DNA of 59,802 nucleotides from Planctomycetota bacterium (GTDB lineage: Bacteria; Planctomycetota; GCA-002687715; DRQF01), in the NCBI GenBank assembly GCA_036479435.1, contig JAZGFI010000018.1, positions 1 to 59,802 on the forward strand, in the 5' to 3' direction. Below, one piece after another: positions 48,080 through 56,941 of this stretch. Every line of letters starts with the position of its first letter. Positions within the stretch are counted from its first letter, which is position 1. The notes under the pieces are model-generated. The model saw nothing but the letters and a program-made list of their open reading frames with translations. It did not search any database and had not been told where the DNA came from. A program made the translations under genes and the position numbers.

Positions 48080-51028
48080 ATGGTGTACGTCAGGACCGCC
48101 GGTCTGCGTTCGTTCGCGCTCTTGGCTCTTTTTCTAGCCGCGACGTTCCAGGCCCCCTGCGCGAAAGCTCAATACGAGTACGAGTGGGGCAAAGCGCTGC
48201 TGGAAGATCTCCGCTTCGAGGACATGGCCGAGACCGTCTTCGCGGATTTAGCCTCGCGTTCGTCCAATGACGAAAAGAATCAGGGCCGGCTTGGGCTTGC
48301 CTTGTTGAAGCGAAGCGCCGCCCAACGCACCGACGACATCGGCTTGCGCGCCAAGCTCAACGACGAAGCCATCAAGATCCTCGAGTCCGTGGCGAAGAGC
48401 ATCGATGAGTCCTCGACGGAATACTGGGACACTCAGTTCTCATTAGCGGACACGCTGCAAGAAGTCGCGAACGAAGGGATCGACCTGGTCAGCAAGGGGC
48501 TCGTACCTGCGGACAAAGTTGCCGACCTGATCAAAACCAACCTCAATCGTCTCGACAAAGCTGAGTACATCTACACCAACGCCAAAGACAAATTCGCGGA
48601 CGCTAAAGAGGGAAGTGACGAGAAGACTATTCAGGGCCGTGCCACCTTGAACCACTTTGTTCTGCAACTACGCCGTGCCTGGTTGACGGGCACGGACCCC
48701 AAAAAGCGCGCCGACCCCGATCGCCTCAACCGCCTCAATGATCTGCGCGAAGAGCTAGAGGAATTCGCCGGAGTAAACGATGGCCAGGTCTACGGCATCT
48801 ACGGCTACTACTGGCTGGCGCAAACCATGGCCGAGTTGTCGCGATCGAGCAGCGAGACTAAGCCGGAAGAGATCGCCGATTACTACTTTTACGTCATCGA
48901 TAGCATCGTCTACACGCCCGAACAGTTCGCGGCGAATGGTCGCAGTTTCATACCGGCTGAGGCGGGGCTGTTGTCGCTGGCACAAAGCACCTACTGGAAA
49001 CTGCTCGAATTCGAAAATGGCCACGGTTGGACCGGGCTTGTCATTACCCACGGCGAGAAGATGCGGGCTGATTTCAAAGCTTGTAAATATGACTTTGCCA
49101 TTGGTGGCGACCTCGCCCTGATCGAACTTGCCAACGCTTACCAAAACGAAGGTCGCTCCGGCGAAGCGTTAGAGATCGCCGCGACGATTTCCAAAAAGGG
49201 TGGCTATCAGGGGCAACAAGCCGACAAGCTGATGTCACTCATCATCAACACCGCGGTCAGCAAGGCCGGTTTTGACCCCCGACTGCTGATGGCTGGCGCC
49301 AACGGTGCCCGCATCGCTGCCGGTAAGAACCCGGCCAAGTACCATGAAGCCATCGAGCTATACCGCGGCGTTCTGCAGAATCTGCACAAGGTTGAAGATG
49401 TTGTCGAGCGCAACGACCTCGGTCGGCAAGCGGGCTATCGCATCGGTCAAGCCCTCGATCGGCTGGGACGCGATTTTGAATCGGCGATCGCCTTTGAAAG
49501 CACCTACCGTCGTTTCAACAACACGCAGTTCCGGGTCGACCCCAAGCTCAACAACAAGGTCTTTCGCTATTGGCGCTCGATGCTGAGTCAGTTTCAGCGG
49601 GCAGCGGGCGGTCAGGCTTTTGCCAAGGATTTGCGCGAAAAGGCCGATCGCTATTTGGTCAACAACCCGCCCAAGGGCAAGGGCACGGGCGACTCGCTTC
49701 AGCTCGCGTGGAACCAAGCGGAGAAGTTGCGTCGCCAAAAGAGCTGGGAAGAGGCCAAGGGGGCCTACGCCAAGATCGCGAGCAAGCCCTCCGAGTACCA
49801 AGAGCGCGCCACAGTGAAAGCCGCGGTCATCAGCGTTCAGATTCTTGGGGCCAACCGGGCGACGGCGACGGCGGACCAGTGGGTTGCCGCCGCGAAGGCT
49901 TTCGAGGACTACAAAAAGTACACGGATTCCAACGTCGAGTCTGACCCCACTCGCTTGTCAGCTCGCAAGGGTGCCCTCATTGAGGCAGACTTGCAGATTT
50001 CGGGGGCGCTGTCGCGCGCGGCTGATCTCGAAAAGGATGTGACCAAAAAGGAAGCGCTTTATCGCCGCGTGCTGGCGGTGACCGACGGCTTCGGCAAACG
50101 TACCCGCGATGAGAACGCGGGGCAGTACGTGCGTTTCAATCGCTTCAAAGCGCTCGTCGCGGTTGGCGAGGCCGAAGCCGCAGAGGCGATTTTTGACGAG
50201 ATGGTGAAAACCGATCCCAAGCATCGCAACGTGCCCTCGGCGGCGCTTCAGATCTATCAACTCCTGCGCGATAGCGCCGCGACCATGACGACCCTCAGTG
50301 ATGAGGGCCGCAAAAAACAACGTGCGACCATGCAGCGCGCCGGCGAGGCCTATCGCATCTGGCTGTTTGCCAAGCAACCGCGCAAGCCGGGCAACTGGAC
50401 GGTGGGCTACAAGATCTTCTACGAGGCCGAGCAGTGGGATCCAGCCTACGAGATCCTAAGGGCGGCGATGAAGAAGTTCAGCGGACAAAGAGGCAAAGAG
50501 AAGGCGATGGGGATCTTTCGCCGTCGCTTGGCCCGTACCCTGCTCGAAAAAGCTAAGTTCTCGTTTCGCCAGGGTCGCAAGGAAGAGAGCGAAGAACTCT
50601 TCAAAGAAGCTTCGGTTATCTACGTAGAACTGGTCAGCGCTCCAAAAAAGCCGCGTTCGGTACTCGCGGAAGCGGCGGAGATCTTTGGCGGTTTTGTCAC
50701 CGGGCCCGACCAGCGTGGACGCTACGCGCACTTCCCAGGAACTTCCGAGTTCAAAGACGCCTATGACATTTGGAAAAAGCTCGCCCAATGGTCGAATAAG
50801 GCGGGCAGCACGCCGGCGAAAGAGGCCGCTAACGCGCTCCTTCGGCCGAAGGCCGAGTTTTATAAGCTCTTGATGGCGTTGAAGATCGCCCAAGCGAATA
50901 AAGACACGAGGTCGCTGAAGAAGCTGAAGAAGTTCGTCGAATCGACGTTCCAAAAAGGTGGCCCTGACAATCCTCCCGGCGGTGCCAAGTGGAGCAAGCA
51001 GTGGCAGTGGCTGAGGTCGCAACTGTGA
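48080..51028 (+). CDS. Large exported alpha-solenoid/TPR protein
   Basis: Signal peptide (..APCAKA), repeated helical hairpins; GAGG SD; upstream TTCAAG-17-TATGTT. Confidence 0.8.
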   Translation: MVYVRTAGLRSFALLALFLAATFQAPCAKAQYEYEWGKALLEDLRFEDMAETVFADLASRSSNDEKNQGRLGLALLKRSAAQRTDDIGLRAKLNDEAIKILESVAKSIDESSTEYWDTQFSLADTLQEVANEGIDLVSKGLVPADKVADLIKTNLNRLDKAEYIYTNAKDKFADAKEGSDEKTIQGRATLNHFVLQLRRAWLTGTDPKKRADPDRLNRLNDLREELEEFAGVNDGQVYGIYGYYWLAQTMAELSRSSSETKPEEIADYYFYVIDSIVYTPEQFAANGRSFIPAEAGLLSLAQSTYWKLLEFENGHGWTGLVITHGEKMRADFKACKYDFAIGGDLALIELANAYQNEGRSGEALEIAATISKKGGYQGQQADKLMSLIINTAVSKAGFDPRLLMAGANGARIAAGKNPAKYHEAIELYRGVLQNLHKVEDVVERNDLGRQAGYRIGQALDRLGRDFESAIAFESTYRRFNNTQFRVDPKLNNKVFRYWRSMLSQFQRAAGGQAFAKDLREKADRYLVNNPPKGKGTGDSLQLAWNQAEKLRRQKSWEEAKGAYAKIASKPSEYQERATVKAAVISVQILGANRATATADQWVAAAKAFEDYKKYTDSNVESDPTRLSARKGALIEADLQISGALSRAADLEKDVTKKEALYRRVLAVTDGFGKRTRDENAGQYVRFNRFKALVAVGEAEAAEAIFDEMVKTDPKHRNVPSAALQIYQLLRDSAATMTTLSDEGRKKQRATMQRAGEAYRIWLFAKQPRKPGNWTVGYKIFYEAEQWDPAYEILRAAMKKFSGQRGKEKAMGIFRRRLARTLLEKAKFSFRQGRKEESEELFKEASVIYVELVSAPKKPRSVLAEAAEIFGGFVTGPDQRGRYAHFPGTSEFKDAYDIWKKLAQWSNKAGSTPAKEAANALLRPKAEFYKLLMALKIAQANKDTRSLKKLKKFVESTFQKGGPDNPPGGAKWSKQWQWLRSQL

Positions 51029-51090
51029 TGCGCGCCGCCATGAACCCGACGATCAAAGCAGCGATTTTCTCACTCCGGAAGACCCCGACG

Positions 51091-52182
51091 ATGCGCCTAT
51101 TCGGCATCCTTGCGCTCGCTCTCATGTTGAGCCCATTGGCTTGGGCCGACACCATCATCTTGAAGGGCAAGCCGGCTCTCGCGGGCGTGAAGGTCCAAAA
51201 AGAAGGACTCCTTGAGGTGACCTACACTCAGGGAAGTTCGACGCGGCGGCGTACCGTGGCCACGAGCGAAGTGTTGGACATCGTCTACGACGCGCCACCG
51301 GTTCAGTACCGCCGTGGTGTCGAGTACTTCAACTTGGGTGATCATGTCAACGCGATCTCACGCCTGAAGACTTCGCTCGAGACCGAAGTTGCGCAGCGCC
51401 CTTGGCTGAAAGAGTACGCGTCCATTTATCTGGGGCGCGCGCTGATGGCGTCGAAACAGTTTCCCGCCGCGACTAAGGCCTTTCAGGGCGTCCTCGCCGA
51501 CTTTCCCGAAGGCCGCCGTTTCCCCGCCGTCTCGCTGCGCTTGGCGCGTTGTCAGATCGGAGCGGGTAACGCGGCGGCGGCGACAACGGCGCTCGATAAC
51601 CTAAAAAGCGTCCTCAAGCAGAAGAAAGTTGCCGGCAATTGGGATGCGCGCGCGGAATTGGGCCGAGTTGAGGCTCAGATCGCGGCAAAGAGTTTTGACA
51701 AGGCGGTCACCACGGCCAAGGCCTTGGCCTTGGCCAATCTGCCTAAGGACGCCACATCGGAGCCCGAAAAGGCGGTGATCTACGTCCGGGCCCGTAGTCT
51801 GCAGGGAGAGGCTCAGATCGCCGCTGGCGATGTTTCCCAGGCCAAAAACGTCTACGACAATCTCAGAAGCCGGGGGGCGGGCTCTCCGCTTTTCCTGGCG
51901 GCGGCTCGCACGGGCCGTGCAGCGGTCATTATGGCGGGAGAACCCGATGCTGAGGGTCTTTTTCGGGCCAACGAGATGCTGACCCGGGCTCTGGCCGAAA
52001 ATTACACGGCCGTTTCCGAACTCTCCCGGACCTGCTATCTTCTGGGCCTCGTTCATCTCGAACTCGACGGCACGTTGACGCGCGCCAAGGATCTCGCGAA
52101 AAGCTATTTTGAGGAGACGATTCGCCGTTTTCCCGAGTCGTTGGAGGCGTTCCACGCCCGCGACAATCTGAAGAAGATGTAA
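51091..52182 (+). CDS. Exported TPR protein
   Basis: Signal peptide MRLFGILALALMLSPLAWA; TPR/CpoB-like motifs (VLADFPEG, IRRFPES). Start may be upstream (51028/51040). Confidence 0.8.
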   Translation: MRLFGILALALMLSPLAWADTIILKGKPALAGVKVQKEGLLEVTYTQGSSTRRRTVATSEVLDIVYDAPPVQYRRGVEYFNLGDHVNAISRLKTSLETEVAQRPWLKEYASIYLGRALMASKQFPAATKAFQGVLADFPEGRRFPAVSLRLARCQIGAGNAAAATTALDNLKSVLKQKKVAGNWDARAELGRVEAQIAAKSFDKAVTTAKALALANLPKDATSEPEKAVIYVRARSLQGEAQIAAGDVSQAKNVYDNLRSRGAGSPLFLAAARTGRAAVIMAGEPDAEGLFRANEMLTRALAENYTAVSELSRTCYLLGLVHLELDGTLTRAKDLAKSYFEETIRRFPESLEAFHARDNLKKM

Positions 52183-52309
52183 AACGATCGGTGGCCTGAA
52201 TCGCCCGCCGAAATTGAGAAACCGGGGCACCTTTGGTGCTCTGTAGTTCCAAGCTTCGCTCGACCTCGAGCGGAGGGCGGAGCGGTTGTAAGGCCTTGCG
52301 GTCTTGCGG

Positions 52310-52396
52310 CGAAGGTCGTTGTGACAAACGTCCGCCCCGAAGGTCTTGGTGACAAACACCCGTCCCTTAACTGGGACGTCGACAAGACGACCTTCG
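52310..52396. repeat. 28-bp imperfect tandem repeat plus inverted partial copy upstream of exbB
   Basis: CGAAGGTCgttGTGACAAACgtCCGcCC / CGAAGGTCttgGTGACAAACacCCGtCC; ACGACCTTCG at 52387-52396. Confidence 0.6.
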
Positions 52397-52538
52397 AAAG
52401 ATGTCAGGGACTTGTTGTGAGTTCCTTATCTTGCAGGGTAAATACGGAAGGCCTCGACATCGAGGCGAACTGGGAACTTCGGAGAAGCTCGATACGAGTG
52501 TCGAGAGCTCCGTGAACTGTTGGAGACAGAAGCTGACC

Positions 52539-53216
52539 ATGCGCTACAAGATTACCGCTGTTCTGGCCGTCCTTCCGGCCTACTTGATCTGCAGCACGAA
52601 CCTCTACGCCATTGGCGCCCAGAAGCTCTTTACTGGTGGGGGCTGGATTGGTGCCGTCCTTTGGATGCTCTCGGTCGTCGGTATTGCTCTCATCATTGAG
52701 AACTTCATCAACGTCCGTCGCGAAAAGCTCGCGCCGCCGGAAGTGTTGGACGAGATCGAAGAGCTCTTCAACGAAGAGCAGTACCAGCAAGCGCTGGAAA
52801 TCTGCGAGTCCGATCCGAATTACCTCACCAACGTGCTCTCGGCCGCCTTGCCGAAGGTTGAGTACGGCTATGACTCCATGGAGCAGGCCGCACACGACAT
52901 CGCCGAAGAAGAGGCCATCAAGTTGCACGCCAAGGTGAGTTGGCTTTCACTCCTCAGTGCCATCGCGCCCATGATTGGGCTGCTCGGTACGGTTTGGGGA
53001 ATGATCGGGTCCTTCGAAGTTATCGCGACCTCGTCGGCGCCGGAGCCAAGCGAGTTTGCCGATGAAATTTCGCTAGCCCTGATCACGACCGTTCTCGGTC
53101 TGCTGGTCGCCATCCCCATGATGGTCGGGTTCTTCTACTTCCGTAACAAGGTGACCCGGATCGTCCTCGAAATCGGGGCCATGACGGAAGACCTCCTCGA
53201 CCGCTTCCGCAACTAG
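52539..53216 (+). CDS. MotA/TolQ/ExbB proton channel
   Basis: APMIGLLGTVWGMI..F and ISLALITT.LGL.VAIP. Confidence 0.93.
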   Translation: MRYKITAVLAVLPAYLICSTNLYAIGAQKLFTGGGWIGAVLWMLSVVGIALIIENFINVRREKLAPPEVLDEIEELFNEEQYQQALEICESDPNYLTNVLSAALPKVEYGYDSMEQAAHDIAEEEAIKLHAKVSWLSLLSAIAPMIGLLGTVWGMIGSFEVIATSSAPEPSEFADEISLALITTVLGLLVAIPMMVGFFYFRNKVTRIVLEIGAMTEDLLDRFRN

Positions 53217-53390
53217 GCGCGGCTGAAAGCCTGGCCCGAGTGGCCAGGCGCCACCGTGCTTCATTTGGAACGGGCCTTGCGCCCGCCCAGACCCACTAAT
53301 GGTTGCAGCCTAGGTCCAAACTCGAATATGAGTGTGGATGAGCTGGAGCGGCGAACTTGAGGCTCATGAGCCTCGCCAAAGGAGCTGAAC

Positions 53391-53942
53391 ATGGCGAAGA
53401 AAAAGATCCGCGATCGCGGTGAAGCGCCCGACGAAGAAATCGAGATGAACATGACGCCGATGATCGACATCGTGTTTCAGATGATTCTCTTCTTCATCAT
53501 CATCACGGACTACACGCAGAAAGACATTGCGCTCTTGACCCTGCCTTGGTCGACGGCTGGACAAGACGATGAAGGTGATGATCCCACCCGGATCATCATC
53601 AACATCACCGCGCCGAGTCCCACTCCTGGGGAGCTGGCCACGGCTAAAGGCAAGAAGTTTTGGAGCAAGGAGCGCTTGCGCACCGCGGACCGAATCTTGG
53701 TGAACGGCAAAAATAAGACCTTCAAAGAACTTTCGAACTACCTGTTGCAGAACGGCGTTAAGAACGTGAAGTATCGCGACAAGGAAAAACCGCACTTGTC
53801 GTCGAGATCGCTCTTGATCCGTTGCGATGGCTTGCAGGCCTTCGACTACGTAAAGGGCGTACTACAGGTTTGTTCGCTACCGCAGGTGGCGATCTACAAG
53901 GTCGAAATTGCGACGGCGGAAGAACCAGGGGGAGACGAATAA
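53391..53942 (+). CDS. ExbD/TolR family protein 1
   Basis: NMTPMIDIVFQMILFF with the conserved TM Asp; LLIRCD. Confidence 0.9.
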   Translation: MAKKKIRDRGEAPDEEIEMNMTPMIDIVFQMILFFIIITDYTQKDIALLTLPWSTAGQDDEGDDPTRIIINITAPSPTPGELATAKGKKFWSKERLRTADRILVNGKNKTFKELSNYLLQNGVKNVKYRDKEKPHLSSRSLLIRCDGLQAFDYVKGVLQVCSLPQVAIYKVEIATAEEPGGDE

Positions 53943-53945
53943 GTC

Positions 53946-54485
53946 ATGGCCAAGAAGAGGAAATCAGCCGTCGAAGAAGAAATGGAGCTCAACATGACGC
54001 CGATGATCGACGTCACTTTTCAGCTGCTCATCTTCTTTATCGTGACCCTGAAGTTTAAGACGCTTGAGAAGAAGTTGAATTCGTATTTGCCGACGGACTT
54101 GGGTCTGAACGCATCGAACGAAATCGTCGAAGACGTCTTTATCACCGTGAAGCTCCGTCAGCCTCTCAAGGCCGTAGCAGGTCGCTCTTGGCGTTCGCCG
54201 AAGAAGACTAAGTTTCTTTTTGAAAGCGAAGAGATCACGGGCTCGTCGAACAACGCTCTGCGCGAGATCAAAAAGCGCTTGAAGCTTTTTCGGGCCCAAC
54301 AGCCGGAAGCCAAGGGCAAGATCGACGCGGCCTTCGGTGTGCCTCACATGCACGTCGTAGGAATCTTGGATGTGTTTCACGCGGTCGGCTACGAAACGAT
54401 CAGTTTCACCGGCCTCGCGAAAAACTCGAGCATCGTCAAGAACGAGGTGTGGTTCAACCGGATCCAGCAAGAACTGCGTCCCTGA
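53946..54485 (+). CDS. ExbD/TolR family protein 2
   Basis: NMTPMIDVTFQLLIFF; KIDA...VP..HVV.ILD. Confidence 0.9.
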   Translation: MAKKRKSAVEEEMELNMTPMIDVTFQLLIFFIVTLKFKTLEKKLNSYLPTDLGLNASNEIVEDVFITVKLRQPLKAVAGRSWRSPKKTKFLFESEEITGSSNNALREIKKRLKLFRAQQPEAKGKIDAAFGVPHMHVVGILDVFHAVGYETISFTGLAKNSSIVKNEVWFNRIQQELRP

Positions 54486-54526
54486 CCCTCGCGCCTCGTG
54501 CGCCCACGCTCGTGCCTAGATTGACC

Positions 54527-54560
54527 AACGGACCGAAGACGCCCATCTTCGGTCCGTTTT
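54527..54560 (+). terminator. Probable terminator after exbD2
   Basis: AACGGACCGAAGA-6nt-TCTTCGGTCCGTT followed by TT. Confidence 0.7.
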
Positions 54561-54569
54561 CATAAACCA

Positions 54570-54603
54570 AACCCTTAACCTTCGCGTCAGACGATTTTCA
54601 CTA
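54570..54603. repeat. Half copy of a palindromic repeat; inverted match to 59626-59659
   Basis: TTCGCGTCAGACGATTTTCACTA (54581-54603) is the exact reverse complement of 59626-59648. Confidence 0.8.
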
Positions 54604-54663
54604 AGCTTTCCATTTTCGCCCCGACCACAGAACTCACCTGACGACACCAGCCGGTGGACCCCA

Positions 54664-56640
54664 ATGACCACGTTCTCTCGCCCGCGCAATTGGCTCTTGG
54701 CTCTCACCCTTGTCGTCGCGTGCCTCGCCGCTTGGTTAATTTACCGAGGCAAAAGCGATACTGGTGGCGCGCGCGTCCAACACATCCTGATCGTGACCCT
54801 CGACACCACGCGCTGGGATCGCATGGGGGCTTACGGGTACCGGCCCGGTGGCTACAGCCCGACTCCAGCTTTTGATTCTCTGGGGGACGACGGCCGCATC
54901 TACGAGCGCGCGTTTGCCCCCGCGCCCCTAACGCTTCCCAGTCATGCTTCTTTGATGACGGGGCTTGAGCCAGCCCAGCACGGTGTGCGCGAAAACGACG
55001 GCTTCGCCCTGTCAGTTGCAGCTGATCGGAGTTTTCAAACGCTCGCAGAAGGCCTACGGAACCGGGGTTACGCCACGGCAGCTTTTGTCAGTGCGCAGCC
55101 CTTGGATCGACGTTTTGGCTTGGCTGCCGGGTTTGACACCTACGACGACCTTTCAGATTCTGCTTCGCGGGGTGGGGCAAGCAACTTTGTTGAGCGCAGC
55201 GCCGAGGCCACGACCGATCGAGCCCTCGCCTGGTTGAAGGAGCATTCTGCGGACGCGCCATCTTTTATGTGGGTGCACTACTTCGATCCTCACCACCCTC
55301 ACCGCCGGCACACGGGAGTTTCCGAAACTTGGGAGGCTCGCGGCGCGTCTCCTTACGAAGGTGAGATCGCGTACATGGATCTGCATCTGCAGCGCTTGCT
55401 GGAGGCCTACAAGGCGCGTGGGCAGTGGCAGAACACGCTCGTCATCGTGTTGGCTGATCACGGTGAAAGCTTGGGGCAACACGGCGAGCCCTCACACGGC
55501 TACTTGACCTACGACTCGACCATGCGCATTCCCTTCGCCGTCAAGATGCCTGCGACCAAGGAAGGCAAGGCAAGCTTGCCAAGGGGTTCAGCATCGGTGT
55601 TGGATGTCTTGCCGACGGTGGCGGCGATGGTGGGGTGGGACCCCCCTCATGGCCAGCACTTGCGGGGGCGCGATCTTCGCAAGGTCTTTACAGAGTCGCA
55701 AAGCCACTTTGGCGAGTCGATGTACCCCTTTCGTCAGTTTAATTGGTCGGCGCCCCGCGCCTTATGGCTCGCCGACGAGAAGTTGATCGTCGCGGCGGGT
55801 GAGGCGGAGCTCTACGACATCAAGAAAGATCCTCAAGAAACCAAGGACCTCGCTCCGCTCCGGCCAGAGCGCGTTCGGTTCTTGAGGGAGACGATGCGTC
55901 GCTACCGGGCGAGGCTGACTTCGCTCCATCGCAAGGATTTGCGGATGGATCCTCCTGTCGCTCTCTCCGCTTCCGCATATTTGCAAGCAGCGGGTAAATC
56001 CGTTGCCGCCGAACCGGATGACTTAGTCAACGTCACTTTGCCTCACCCGCGGGGAAAAATGAGGGTCGTGGCCGCGCTGGATGGGCTGCGCCACGCTATT
56101 GAGCGCCTCGCAACCGAAGAGAGCGCTATCGCGGTGGTCGATCTGCAAAGTCGCGTCGCGCTGTTGGAAGCATCCGTGCAGGCTGGCAATCCCGCGGCAC
56201 TTTTTTGGATCGCGAGAGCAAGGCTTCGCTTGGCAGGGCTCGCTCGCGGAAACTTAGTTTTGCCCGACTCCGCCCGGCGCGAGTTGCTGTCGGAAGCGCT
56301 CAATCAGCTGGAGACTTTGCGTGCGGTTCGCCCCGAGGACCCCCGCGTCTACAATCAAATGCACCTCGTCCGACTCGCGAGTCTTGGGCTTGGCGGCGAA
56401 AAGGCCGCCTTTGAAGCCATTTTATCTCTCTTTGAAGAACAACAGCGGCGCGGTTTGCTGGATGCTCTGGCCTGGGCCTTGCGCGGCAAAGCCAACGAAT
56501 GGAAGGGCGACTTCGGGGCGGCGATCGACGACCTGAAACGCGCCATATCGCTCGACGGCAGCCGGAAGGCTTGGCACAGAGACCTCAAGCTCTTGGAGGC
56601 CAAGCTGCGCGACCGCAAGAGGCGCCAGTCCGGCGGCTGA
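54664..56640 (+). CDS. Sulfatase-like (alkaline phosphatase superfamily) protein with C-terminal TPR
   Basis: VTLDTTR.D, PLTLPSHASLMTG, WVHYFDPH, YEGEI, ADHGE, ELYD..DPQE. Confidence 0.9.
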   Translation: MTTFSRPRNWLLALTLVVACLAAWLIYRGKSDTGGARVQHILIVTLDTTRWDRMGAYGYRPGGYSPTPAFDSLGDDGRIYERAFAPAPLTLPSHASLMTGLEPAQHGVRENDGFALSVAADRSFQTLAEGLRNRGYATAAFVSAQPLDRRFGLAAGFDTYDDLSDSASRGGASNFVERSAEATTDRALAWLKEHSADAPSFMWVHYFDPHHPHRRHTGVSETWEARGASPYEGEIAYMDLHLQRLLEAYKARGQWQNTLVIVLADHGESLGQHGEPSHGYLTYDSTMRIPFAVKMPATKEGKASLPRGSASVLDVLPTVAAMVGWDPPHGQHLRGRDLRKVFTESQSHFGESMYPFRQFNWSAPRALWLADEKLIVAAGEAELYDIKKDPQETKDLAPLRPERVRFLRETMRRYRARLTSLHRKDLRMDPPVALSASAYLQAAGKSVAAEPDDLVNVTLPHPRGKMRVVAALDGLRHAIERLATEESAIAVVDLQSRVALLEASVQAGNPAALFWIARARLRLAGLARGNLVLPDSARRELLSEALNQLETLRAVRPEDPRVYNQMHLVRLASLGLGGEKAAFEAILSLFEEQQRRGLLDALAWALRGKANEWKGDFGAAIDDLKRAISLDGSRKAWHRDLKLLEAKLRDRKRRQSGG

Positions 56641-56809
56641 AATATCGGCGTATTCGTGTCTTTCGCTTGGCATTTCGATAGTGTCGCTGCCGCTGCGCTG
56701 CGGGTTTCCGAAACCCCGAATTTGGCTCTCGAGCCAAGAGGGGAGACCTTTTCCCAAGGTCTTCACGGAAAAGAACTTGCGGCCAGCAAACGTACCCTTG
56801 CGGCATTCC

Positions 56810-56839
56810 TTGACACTCGCTTTTAGCGTCGTGTAGAAT
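56810..56839 (+). promoter_or_regulatory. Putative sigma70 promoter of secretin 2
   Basis: TTGACA-18-TAGAAT. Confidence 0.65.
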
Positions 56840-56941
56840 CCCGCGCCAACGAGCACCAAAGAAGGTCCTTACCTAAAAGCGGCAACGCTCTTTAGGTGAC
56901 GTGAATCGGGGATTGCCCCACAAATGGGTCAGAGGTCGAAC

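Noticed and set aside
53217..53390. Micro-ORF MSVDELERRT and hairpins between exbB and exbD1
   Set aside because: No SD and only 10 codons; the hairpins are explicable as mRNA stability elements.
52539..54485. Canonical TonB or Tol-Pal system, or flagellar stator
   Set aside because: No TonB/TolA, TolB, Pal or OmpA-domain MotB is present, so no exbB/tolQ symbols were assigned.
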